A DNA stretch of 62,623 bases, the filler included. It is 7 parts of 7 records of this genome, joined end to end, with 100 filler letters (N's around TTAATTAATTAA, not from the genome) between each part and the next. Parts side by side here need not be neighbours in the genome. Positions count along the whole stretch, not along the records: positions 35,747 to 42,468 come from SRR31156797_13123; positions 42,569 to 50,019 come from SRR31156797_13130; positions 50,120 to 56,409 come from SRR31156797_13141; 4 more parts are not named here. One strand, given 5' to 3'. The notes below the pieces were generated by a model, which saw nothing but the letters and a program-made list of their open reading frames with translations, was not told the origin of the DNA and ran no database searches. A program made the position numbers and the translations under genes. This document shows positions 41,780 through 50,289 of this stretch, piece after piece. Each line of letters starts with the position of its first letter. The first letter of the stretch is position 1.

Positions 41780-42468
41780 CTATCCCAGCAGTTCAAGAAT
41801 CATTTGACAGTACATTTCAACGCCGGTTAGCAAGACCTCTTCATTGAAATCAAACCGGCTGTTGTGCAGCGGTGCTGCGCCTTCCCGTCCGACGCCTATA
41901 AATAGATAGCATCCCTTGGAGGCATCCATAAAAAAGGAGAAGTCTTCACCTCCCATGGTGGCTTCGGGAACCACGACGTTCCGATCCCCGACCACCTGAG
42001 CGCCACATTGCCGGGCGAGATCGGCGATGAGGGGATCATTAACCACCGGGGGGCTGCCCTGCCGGTACTCCAGTTTGTATGTCGCACCCGTTGCACTGCA
42101 TACGCCGCGGACCACATCTTCTATGCGCTGGTGCCATGAGTGCCAGACCTCCCGGTCGAATGTCCTGGTGGTTCCGCTGAGATCCACACGATCCGGTATG
42201 GTGTTGCAGTTGCTGCCCCCCCGAAACTTGCTGATGGTGACCACAGTGGGATTGAGCGGGTTCATCCGGCGGCTGACGATACGCTGCAGCGCGTTGGCCA
42301 CTTGGACACCCGTGTCGATGGGGTCGACGCACATGTGGGGCATGGCACCATGGCCGCCTTTCCCGATAATGCCCAGGTTGAAAGAACCCACGGCGGCCAT
42401 TAGCGGGCCGTCCTTCACGCCTATGGTTCCCTCGGGCAAAGCGGGCCAGAGATGGACACCTAAAGAAA
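41780..42468 (-). CDS. M20 amidohydrolase (Acy1/HipO-like), C-terminal part; start lies beyond the contig
   Basis: GVHLWP, GKGGHGAMPH...DP, GTTRTF, MGGEDFS, LHNSRFDFNE. Confidence 0.9.
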
Positions 42469-42568
42469 NNNNNNNNNNNNNNNNNNNNNNNNNNNNNNNN
42501 NNNNNNNNNNNNTTAATTAATTAANNNNNNNNNNNNNNNNNNNNNNNNNNNNNNNNNNNNNNNNNNNN
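42469..42568. other. Artificial contig linker
   Basis: N44-TTAATTAATTAA-N44. Confidence 0.97.
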
Positions 42569-42597
42569 AAGTGGTCCAAAAATCGGGGTTAAGCGCA
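42569..42597. mobile_element. Terminal inverted repeat of an IS3-family element
   Basis: Reverse complement TGCGCTTAACCCCGATTTTTGGACCACTT has the IS3-type 5'-TG...CCCC...GGAC pattern. It abruptly ends the transposase homology next to it. Confidence 0.6.
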
Positions 42598-42886
42598 ACG
42601 CTCTGATAACAGAATGACGATCTAACGAGCCACTCAAATCCCAGCCGACCACAATTCGTGAATATAGATATATAAAAACTGTCAAATAATACCATTGCCT
42701 TCCAATTTTTAAGTAGGTGATATCAGTTACCCAAACCATGTTTGGCGCTGTTACATTGAACTCACGGTTCAACAGATTCTCCGCCACTGGATATGTGTGT
42801 TTAGAATCTGTAGTGTGCAACATATTTCTTCTGAGACCTGCATTCAAATCTTTCATCAGCCTGGCGACTCGGTTTCTGCTACATGT
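42598..42886 (-). pseudogene. Internal fragment of an IS3-family OrfB transposase
   Basis: CSRNRVARLMK...TTDSKH..PVAENLLNREF...PNMVWVTDITY...SRIVVGW; both ends missing. Confidence 0.85.
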
Positions 42887-43017
42887 TCATTCGCATAAAC
42901 GACCCCTGTTTTTTTATTCTTTTGGTATACGATAGCTGCCATTCCCAGCTCTTTTTTTATCGTTACATTACCATATTTTGTAATGATGAAAACCGCAAAA
43001 TAAATTGCAATGTTTTC
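42887..43017 (-). pseudogene. Left end and first codons of an IS1634-like transposase
   Basis: ATG 42942 gives MAAIVYQKNKKTGVVYA(N)E, resembling IS1634 transposase N-termini (recalled pattern MAxIVYQxNKKTGxxYAYE); homology stops after about 19 codons. Confidence 0.55.
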
Positions 43018-43106
43018 TATCTTTTTGATTGTTTGGACGAAATGCTCATTACACTTTTCCGGGAAGGCAGGTGGTATGGACCACCAATGCATCGTAATCC
43101 CTGGGT

Positions 43107-43139
43107 AACATTTTTTGTCATATTATGACAGAATATGTT
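43107..43139. promoter_or_regulatory. Palindromic candidate enhancer (UAS) for a sigma54 activator, probably PilR
   Basis: AACAT-N4-TGTCAT-ATT-ATGACA-N4-ATGTT, about 100 nt upstream of the -24/-12 element. Confidence 0.5.
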
Positions 43140-43224
43140 TGTTTGGAGGAAAAATTTAAATGAACAAAAAAAGCACACTCCTTTTAACACTTTGAAATTA
43201 TAGATAAAAAATATATCATTATTG

Positions 43225-43240
43225 TGGCATGGTTTGTGTA
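43225..43240 (+). promoter_or_regulatory. sigma54-type promoter of the pilin gene
   Basis: TGGCATGGTTTGTGTA: good -24 TGGCA and correct spacing, but -12 is GT instead of GC; 65 nt upstream of the ATG. Confidence 0.55.
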
Positions 43241-43305
43241 TTAACAAATAATCAACTTCAAAAACAATGAAACAAAACCCTAAAATTAATTAAAGGAGAA
43301 GTAAA

Positions 43306-43719
43306 ATGAAAAAAATGTTTAAGAGAGAAGAAGGTTTCACACTTATTGAGTTGATGATCGTTATTGCAATCATTGGTATTCTGGCGGCGATTGCTATCCC
43401 GAACTTTATTGCCTATAGAAATAAAACTTTCTGCTCCAGAGCAGAATCTGATGCGAACAGCATTGCAGCAGCAATTGCTGATTATTTTGCCATTCCCTCT
43501 CACACAGCTACACCGGCCATCGGCCAGTTGAACAATAATCTTGGCCTTACCTTGTCCGGTGAGGCAGCAGATATCAACGTTGGTGTTATAGCAGGTAATG
43601 ATCCCAATGTGAATATTACCATCACAGTCACTGATGGTTCAGGACGGTGCCCTGCCGATTACCAGGCAGCCAGCCAGGATTGGAACGGGGGTGTATACAC
43701 TAAGACCATCAGCTTTTAA
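43306..43719 (+). CDS. pilA: Type IVa major pilin
   Basis: Class III signal [34 protein letters not shown] with E5 and P22; AAGGAG RBS; 127-aa mature chain. Confidence 0.92.
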   Translation: MKKMFKREEGFTLIELMIVIAIIGILAAIAIPNFIAYRNKTFCSRAESDANSIAAAIADYFAIPSHTATPAIGQLNNNLGLTLSGEAADINVGVIAGNDPNVNITITVTDGSGRCPADYQAASQDWNGGVYTKTISF

Positions 43720-43759
43720 GCCAACTATTTTAGTTACATGATTTAATAACAGAAAAGGC

Positions 43760-45853
43760 ATGGAAAATCTAATTCCATGCCTTTTCACTATTTCCATAAT
43801 GACAGTTCTAAAATCCCATCGGCTAATAGCCCTAGTTATTCTTACCATTATGGTATCCTATGCCTACGGCAATTCCTTTAAGGTGCCCTGGCATTTAGAC
43901 GATATCCCCAATATTCTTAACAATACCTATCTTCATTTAGAAAGGATGGATTTTGAATCCATTAAGAATACGTTCTTTACCAATGCACGGCATCCTTCAG
44001 AACCGGGGAAAAAAATATACCGCCCCATTTCCTGCTTTACCTTTGCCTTGAACTGGTATTCTGGCCGGGATAATGTGTTTGGGTATCATATGGTGAATAC
44101 AGGTATTCATATTCTGACCGCTTTTCTTTTATATCTGACCATCAGGCTTTTATATAAGACTCCCGGTCTAACGGGCCTACAACTTGAATCGAGGCACATT
44201 GCCCTGACAGCTGCCTTAGCTTGGGCTCTTAACCCCGTGCAAACCCAGGCTGTCACCTATATTGTTCAGCGCATGGCCCAATTGGGATGTTTTTTCTATT
44301 TGTTGGGTCTGTTTTTATACCTAAAAGGACGTCTGTCAACGTCACCTAACAAAATCGGAATGTGGTTTGGGGCTGTTGTGGCCTATTTATGCGCGATGGG
44401 TTCCAAGGAAAATTCAGCCATATTGCCTATGGCTATTATATTGGTTGAATTAATTTTTTTTAACACCGTCTGGCTCAAAAATAATAAAAAACTGTTGGTG
44501 GGAGCGGCAATTGTATCGGTGATTTTGGTTCTTGCGTTAGGGGCTGTGGTTTTTTCCAGAGACGACTCCTTGTTTTTCATGGCAAGATATGAATCGCGCC
44601 CATTTTCTATGGTTGAAAGGCTTTTAACCCAGCCTCAAATAGTTTTGTTCTATTTAAGCCAATTGTTTTTCCCTCTGCCGTCAAGGCTTTCCATTGCCCA
44701 TGACGTGACCATATCAAGCTCTTTGTTTTCAAATTGGTTTACTTTACCCTCTATTCTTCTAATCATCGGTATCTGCTGCTGGGCAATGTTGAGAAAAAAT
44801 AAAATACCAATTTTTTCATTTGGTATAATATTTTATTTTTTAAATCATCTCATAGAGTCGACCATCATACCCCTTGAATTGGTATTTGAACACCGGAACT
44901 ACCTTCCGTCCTTATTTTTATTCTGGCCTTTGACGCATCTTATTTTTACCAGGGTATCAACTCATATCAATAGGGCTGCAACATGGGGGGGGATTGTATT
45001 GTTGACCATAGCACTGGCTTCAGCAGCTTTTGTTAGAAACAACACATGGCAAAGCGCTAACTCTTTATGGACCGATGCAATGATAAAGGCTCCCAACCAG
45101 GCCAGGCCCTTGACCATCCTTGCAACTGAGCTTGCCTGGGGAAAAGAGAGTCGACATCCCAAGCGAAACGAGATGGCTTTGCACCTTTTTGAACAAGCCC
45201 TGGAAAAAGAAGTCGCTACAAAAAATCTTAAGGCGGCTATTATTGGAAACATGGCGGCTATTCATTTAAATATTGGAAACAATGATAAGGCGTTACATTT
45301 ATATGAAAAATCATTAGGGATTGACCCAAATGCCTTAGTTGCCAATTATAATTATGCCCTGGCCCTTTTAAAAGCAAGGCAATGGAAAAAAGCCGTTCAG
45401 CAGGCAGACCACCTCCTTTCTTTAACCCCTGAGTCTGTGGCCTATTATATCATAAAGGGGCAGGCTTTCATCTGGGACGGGCTTTTTGAAGAAGCAGTGG
45501 CGGTATTTGACGCTGCAGCTAAAATTGACCCGTTTGATTATAAAGTGTACTTATATAGAGGCATTGCGCTAAATCGGCTGAACCGATTGGAAGCGGCTAA
45601 AAAAAATCTTCAAAATGCATTTACCATTCAAAATAATAGCTTTATGGTTTATCTTGCCTTGATAGAAAATAGTATTCGTGCAAAAAATGAAAAGGAAATA
45701 GAAATCTACATAAAAAAAATGTTTATCGTATTTGATAAAGAGCAAATTGAGCGAGAACTTAAGAGGCTTTCAACCCAGTTTTTATCTGTACCTGTCTCAG
45801 AAATTTTGGTTTTCCCCGTAATTATGAAGCGATTAAAAAATTATGGAAGATAA
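43760..45853 (+). CDS. TMTC-like GT-C membrane glycosyltransferase with C-terminal TPRs
   Basis: DD motif after TM1 (HLDDIPNI), YRP, Q.VTYIVQR, SKE, EHRNYLP, about 11 TM segments, then TPR repeats. True start may be ATG 43799. Confidence 0.8.
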   Translation: MENLIPCLFTISIMTVLKSHRLIALVILTIMVSYAYGNSFKVPWHLDDIPNILNNTYLHLERMDFESIKNTFFTNARHPSEPGKKIYRPISCFTFALNWYSGRDNVFGYHMVNTGIHILTAFLLYLTIRLLYKTPGLTGLQLESRHIALTAALAWALNPVQTQAVTYIVQRMAQLGCFFYLLGLFLYLKGRLSTSPNKIGMWFGAVVAYLCAMGSKENSAILPMAIILVELIFFNTVWLKNNKKLLVGAAIVSVILVLALGAVVFSRDDSLFFMARYESRPFSMVERLLTQPQIVLFYLSQLFFPLPSRLSIAHDVTISSSLFSNWFTLPSILLIIGICCWAMLRKNKIPIFSFGIIFYFLNHLIESTIIPLELVFEHRNYLPSLFLFWPLTHLIFTRVSTHINRAATWGGIVLLTIALASAAFVRNNTWQSANSLWTDAMIKAPNQARPLTILATELAWGKESRHPKRNEMALHLFEQALEKEVATKNLKAAIIGNMAAIHLNIGNNDKALHLYEKSLGIDPNALVANYNYALALLKARQWKKAVQQADHLLSLTPESVAYYIIKGQAFIWDGLFEEAVAVFDAAAKIDPFDYKVYLYRGIALNRLNRLEAAKKNLQNAFTIQNNSFMVYLALIENSIRAKNEKEIEIYIKKMFIVFDKEQIERELKRLSTQFLSVPVSEILVFPVIMKRLKNYGR

Positions 45854-47009
45854 AAAAAAGGTGGTACCCTTACACGTACTGGCCTATTTTATACCCGTCT
45901 GCGTCCTTGTTTTTGCCGGGTTAATTGTATCCTTGTATCTGTCCTACTCCCATTATAAGGTTTATACGGATATCGGTTATGCCAGTTTTTGTGCAGTATC
46001 AAAAGCAATTAATTGTGACACGGTATCCCAGAGTTCGTATTCAATTTTTTTTAACCTTCCGGTTCCACTTTGGGGGGCATATGGATATCTGTTTTTAACT
46101 GTACTAGTGTTGATTTCCCTGGACCTTAGAAATAATACAATGCGGCTATTACCCACCCAATTGATAGTGTCATTTACGTTCAGCATTGTCAGCCTAATAT
46201 TAGGCGCTATTTCCGCGCTGAAGATCCACTCTTATTGTTTTTTATGTATTTCAACCTATGCCATTAACTTTTTTCTATTTTTTCTGTTTTTATTGCTCAT
46301 CAGGCGATATTCGTCCGGTTCTTTTTTAAAGGGTGTCCTAAAGGATGTTGATTTTCTGAATAAAAGAAGAACCCTTTTTTTTGCCTTATCTGCTTTTTTT
46401 TCGGGGCTTTTGATAGTATTATATATAATAGTCCCTCAATATTGGCATATTCAATCCAGACGGGTGGCAATCGATTTACCTAGCGGTATTACCGAAGAGG
46501 GGGACCCTTGGATTGGTTCTGTTAATCCCGAGATAGAAATTATAGAGTATACGGACTATCAATGTTTTCAATGCAAGAAAATGCATTTTTATCTCAGGAG
46601 CCTGATCGTCGAGTTTCCAGATAAAATCAGGTTGATTCATCGCCATTTCCCTCTTGATCAGGGTGTCAACCGATTTTTGGAAAATAGTGTCCATCCCGGA
46701 TCCGGCATGTTGGCAAAGATTGCTGTTTTCGCGGCTAAACAAGGAAAATTCTGGGAGGCTAATGACTACCTTTTTAATTATGACCTTTCTGAAAAATCCA
46801 TTTATTTGAAGCAAATTTCCCAGGATTTGGGGTTTGATCTTGAATTATTTAAAATAGGTGTTCACCGTATTGAGGTCTGCCGGAAACTTGAACAGGATAT
46901 TAAATCAGGAATAAGAAAAAAGGTCATCGGTACCCCCGCCTATATCATAAACGGGACGGTCTATTTTGGTAACATTCCTCAGGGCGTCATCGACCATATT
47001 TTAAAATGA
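45843..47009 (+). CDS. VKOR-DsbA(thioredoxin-fold) fusion disulfide-bond formation protein
   Basis: VKOR loop cysteines C-AVSKAIN-C, TM CFLC active site, then DsbA-like DYQCFQC, RHFPL and cis-Pro GTP. Confidence 0.9.
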   Translation: MEDKKKVVPLHVLAYFIPVCVLVFAGLIVSLYLSYSHYKVYTDIGYASFCAVSKAINCDTVSQSSYSIFFNLPVPLWGAYGYLFLTVLVLISLDLRNNTMRLLPTQLIVSFTFSIVSLILGAISALKIHSYCFLCISTYAINFFLFFLFLLLIRRYSSGSFLKGVLKDVDFLNKRRTLFFALSAFFSGLLIVLYIIVPQYWHIQSRRVAIDLPSGITEEGDPWIGSVNPEIEIIEYTDYQCFQCKKMHFYLRSLIVEFPDKIRLIHRHFPLDQGVNRFLENSVHPGSGMLAKIAVFAAKQGKFWEANDYLFNYDLSEKSIYLKQISQDLGFDLELFKIGVHRIEVCRKLEQDIKSGIRKKVIGTPAYIINGTVYFGNIPQGVIDHILK

Positions 47010-48652
47010 TTGTAATCTTAAAAAGAATTTTTTTCCCTTTCTCGCTGTTGCTTTATTCACTTTTGATAGTCGTTATGGGGGCTGTTCCGCCTGTCAGCCG
47101 GGATGCCCTGACCCATCACCTTGCAGTTCCTAAACTATATCTCAAGTATGGTGGTATTATTGAATTGCCCCATATACGACCCTCATATTATCCCCAGCTC
47201 CTTGATTTTCTTTATTGCATTCCCATGTATTTCGGCAACGATACTATTCCAAAAATTATTCATTTTTCTTTTGCTCTGCTCACAGCACGACTCATTTATG
47301 GGTATCTGAAACATAGACTAGGGCGCCCCTATGCATATGCCGGATGCATCTTTTTTCTGACTCTGCCGGTAATCATCAAATTATCCGTCACGGTATACGT
47401 TGACTTGGGATTGGTTTTTTTTTCAACTGCAGCATTAATGAGCCTGCTAAAATGGAAAGATTGCGCCGGTGAAGTGAGGTGGCTTATTTTGTCAGCAACC
47501 TGCTGTGGTCTATCCCTCGGAACAAAATACAATGGCCTGATAACATTTTTTTTATTGACGGCACTTACATCTTGGATTTCAGCCAGAAACACATGGAAAA
47601 AAAAACATGGCCAAAACAGATTTAATTTCACCCCGGTGATCCATTGTTTTATTTACCTATCCATTGCTTTAGCTGTTTTTTCACCCTGGGTGGTTAAAAA
47701 CTATAAGTGGACCCAAAATCCGTTATATCCATTGTTAAATACTTATTTTACCCCATCCCCGATTCCTGATCTCGACACTCCCATTAAATTTCCTAAAATG
47801 CATCCTTTTCTCATCCGAAAACTAGTATATAAAGAAAATTTCTTTGAAACAATTACCGTCCCTGTCCGGATCTTCTTTCAAGGGAAGGATGATAATCCTA
47901 AACTTTTTGACGGACGCCTCAACCCCTTGTTATGCCTTCTGCCAATATTCGCTTTTTTTTTTAGACCGCGATCAGATACAGACGGGCATTCGAACAATAA
48001 TTTGATACTTCTAAGTTTTTCCCTTCTCTATATTCTTATGGTATTTTTTTACAATGATATGAGGCTCAGGTGGATTGGTCCTGCCATACCCCCTCTCGTT
48101 ATTTTGTCGGCATATGGCTTTCATCACCTATTTTCGAAATGTGCAACGATCCAAAAAAGAGGCCTCTTAGTGCAGAGGACGTTTATTCTTGGCGTTCTAC
48201 TTATAGGGGGAATGAATCTGGTCTATTTGGCACAGCTTTTTTGGAAAATAGATCCTTTACCGTATCTTACCGGAAAACTTCCACGGGAAGCCTATATTGA
48301 AAAATTTAGGCCGGAGTTCCCAGCCTTCGAATTTGCCAATTCTCAATTAAAGGGAAATGTAAAATTTTATGGTTTTTTTCTGGGAGGACGACTCTATTAT
48401 TTAGATCATGAAATAAGGTTTAATCATGATATTTTTAAAAAAATAGTCATGGATAGCCAAACTCCACAACAAATTCGAAATTATTTGTTTGAAAACAAAA
48501 TAACTGGGCTGATTCTAAATATACCGGCCTTTGAAAATTGGGCGAATAAACAATTTAAAAATAACGATAAATTGAAGATTAAGTCTTTTTTGAGGCGCTA
48601 TACCCAATTATTATTTTTAAAAAATAATCATGGTGTTTATGCCCTTTTATGA
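47006..48652 (+). CDS. ArnT/PMT-like GT-C integral membrane glycosyltransferase
   Basis: DALTHHL..PK, YYP, YVDL, GTKY motifs; about 12 TM segments; ATGA overlap with the upstream stop. Confidence 0.72.
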   Translation: MIVILKRIFFPFSLLLYSLLIVVMGAVPPVSRDALTHHLAVPKLYLKYGGIIELPHIRPSYYPQLLDFLYCIPMYFGNDTIPKIIHFSFALLTARLIYGYLKHRLGRPYAYAGCIFFLTLPVIIKLSVTVYVDLGLVFFSTAALMSLLKWKDCAGEVRWLILSATCCGLSLGTKYNGLITFFLLTALTSWISARNTWKKKHGQNRFNFTPVIHCFIYLSIALAVFSPWVVKNYKWTQNPLYPLLNTYFTPSPIPDLDTPIKFPKMHPFLIRKLVYKENFFETITVPVRIFFQGKDDNPKLFDGRLNPLLCLLPIFAFFFRPRSDTDGHSNNNLILLSFSLLYILMVFFYNDMRLRWIGPAIPPLVILSAYGFHHLFSKCATIQKRGLLVQRTFILGVLLIGGMNLVYLAQLFWKIDPLPYLTGKLPREAYIEKFRPEFPAFEFANSQLKGNVKFYGFFLGGRLYYLDHEIRFNHDIFKKIVMDSQTPQQIRNYLFENKITGLILNIPAFENWANKQFKNNDKLKIKSFLRRYTQLLFLKNNHGVYALL

Positions 48653-48856
48653 GTTTTAATTCATAGGAAGGCTCTTGCATAGAGGTCTTTTTTTATGAGA
48701 CAAACCGTTTCAGAAAAAGCTCTCTATAAAATAGCCATACTAAAAATTATTCAAACCCAAAAAGCTAATTTTAACTTATTATGGAAATTTTTTTTGTGTG
48801 CAACTTATAATACTGATTATAATTAATGCTTTACGAAAAATTGTTTTGGAGATCCC

Positions 48857-49798
48857 ATGTATAAAGATAAATGTGTCTGTGCCGTTGTTCCATGTTTTAA
48901 TGAAGAGACCCAAATAGGTGTTGTTATTGAAACTATGCCTGAATTCATGGATAAAATAGTAATAATTGATGATAACAGTCCTGATAAAACAGTGTCAGTC
49001 GTAAACGACTATGCACAAAACAATGACCGCATTGTTTTGATCGTCCATGATGAAAATCAAGGAGTAGGTGGTAGTATAGCCACAGGATACAAGTGGGCTA
49101 GGGACAATGATATGGATATGGCGGTTGTAATGGCAGGAGATGGACAGATGAATCCTGAGGATCTGCCTGCCCTTCTGGACCCGGTGATAAACAAGGAGGC
49201 TGACTATACTAAGGGGAATCGTCTGTTTACCGGGAAGGCCTTTCAGAAGATTCCAAAAATCAGGTATTTTGGAAACAGTTTTCTTTCTTTATTTACTAAA
49301 ATAGCTTCAGGCTATTGGCAGATAGCCGATTCCCAGTCTGGGTACACTGTAATAAATAAAAAAACGCTTCATGCTATTGACTGGGACAAGATGTATAAGC
49401 GGTACGGTCAACCTAATGATATTTTGGTCAGGCTGAATGTTGAAAATTTTAGGGTAAAAGATGTGCCAGTGGAGCCAATTTATAATATTGGAGAAAAATC
49501 CGGGATTGAGATCCGTAAAGTAATTTTCAGTATTGGCTGGCTGCTGGTTAAACTCTTTGTGTGGCGAATGAAGGAAAGGTATATTATCAGGGATTTCCAT
49601 CCCCTCGTATTTTTTTATCTTTTGGGATTTATGTCAGGCTTGGCATCTATACTGCTTTTTTTACGGCTTTTTATCATTTGGTTTAGCACCGGACACATTC
49701 CGGCCATAAACGCATTGGCGGCAATGGTCTCATTTCTCAGCGCCAGTCAGTTTACTCTTTTTGCCATGTGGTTTGATATGGAGGCAAATAAAAAGTAG
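48857..49798 (+). CDS. GT2 glycosyltransferase, DPM1/polyprenol-phosphate glycosyltransferase-like, with two C-terminal TMs
   Basis: VVPCFNEE, IDDNSPD, NQGVG, MAGDGQM, KGNR, DSQSGY. Confidence 0.87.
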   Translation: MYKDKCVCAVVPCFNEETQIGVVIETMPEFMDKIVIIDDNSPDKTVSVVNDYAQNNDRIVLIVHDENQGVGGSIATGYKWARDNDMDMAVVMAGDGQMNPEDLPALLDPVINKEADYTKGNRLFTGKAFQKIPKIRYFGNSFLSLFTKIASGYWQIADSQSGYTVINKKTLHAIDWDKMYKRYGQPNDILVRLNVENFRVKDVPVEPIYNIGEKSGIEIRKVIFSIGWLLVKLFVWRMKERYIIRDFHPLVFFYLLGFMSGLASILLFLRLFIIWFSTGHIPAINALAAMVSFLSASQFTLFAMWFDMEANKK

Positions 49799-49811
49799 AG
49801 GCTTTATAGCC

Positions 49812-50018
49812 CTAATTTGCCTCCATCTTGTCTAACCGATACCGCATGGACCGCATACTCAGGTTGAGGTATTCGGCAGCTTTTTTCTTATTACCGCCTG
49901 CCAGTTCCATGGCTTTTTCCAGGTAGGCAGATTCTATCTTGGCCAGAATCCGGTCCAGATCAACACCAGAGACCACATCCTCAAGGTCGAACCGTTCTTC
50001 TTTAACCCCTTCGATCCA
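49812..50018 (-). CDS. pilR: C-terminal Fis-type HTH of a sigma54-dependent response regulator (PilR-like), partial
   Basis: Not in the ORF track. Manual translation gives ...VDLDRILAKIESAYLEKAMELAGGNKKKAAEYLNLSMRSMRYRLDKMEAN*. SxRSxRYRL is typical of PilR, and a pilin is nearby. Confidence 0.7.
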   Translation of the reverse strand, partial: WIEGVKEERFDLEDVVSGVDLDRILAKIESAYLEKAMELAGGNKKKAAEYLNLSMRSMRYRLDKMEAN

Positions 50019-50019
50019 C

Positions 50020-50119
50020 NNNNNNNNNNNNNNNNNNNNNNNNNNNNNNNNNNNNNNNNNNNNTTAATTAATTAANNNNNNNNNNNNNNNNNNNNNNNNN
50101 NNNNNNNNNNNNNNNNNNN
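50020..50119. other. Artificial contig linker
   Basis: N44-TTAATTAATTAA-N44. Confidence 0.97.
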
Positions 50120-50188
50120 CAGGTCGCCGAAACTCTTGGTAAGCCCCTTGACCTCGACCTTTACATCGTTATTTGTTTGAGCGCTCAA
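50120..50188 (-). CDS. N-terminus of an ABC transporter ATP-binding protein (possibly TauB/SsuB type), truncated
   Basis: AGGAG, then TTG start: MSAQTNNDVKVEVKGLTKSFGDL, matching the first strands of an ABC NBD. Subfamily is only inferred from context. Confidence 0.6.
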
Positions 50189-50289
50189 ACCATTTCTCCT
50201 GATTAATCGTCCTAAACGGTCCAGTTTTGGGTCCGGAATAGAAGATTGTAAAACGGCGCCCGTTCATTAACAGGCGCCATCCGTGTTGG

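Noticed and set aside
43306-43719. Electrically conductive e-pilin
   Set aside because: It has aromatics at Geobacter-like positions (F1, F24, Y27, F32, Y50, F51). However, only 10 F/Y/W occur in 127 residues, and there is a gap of more than 50 residues before Y109. That does not fit the proposed high-density, no-long-gap criteria.
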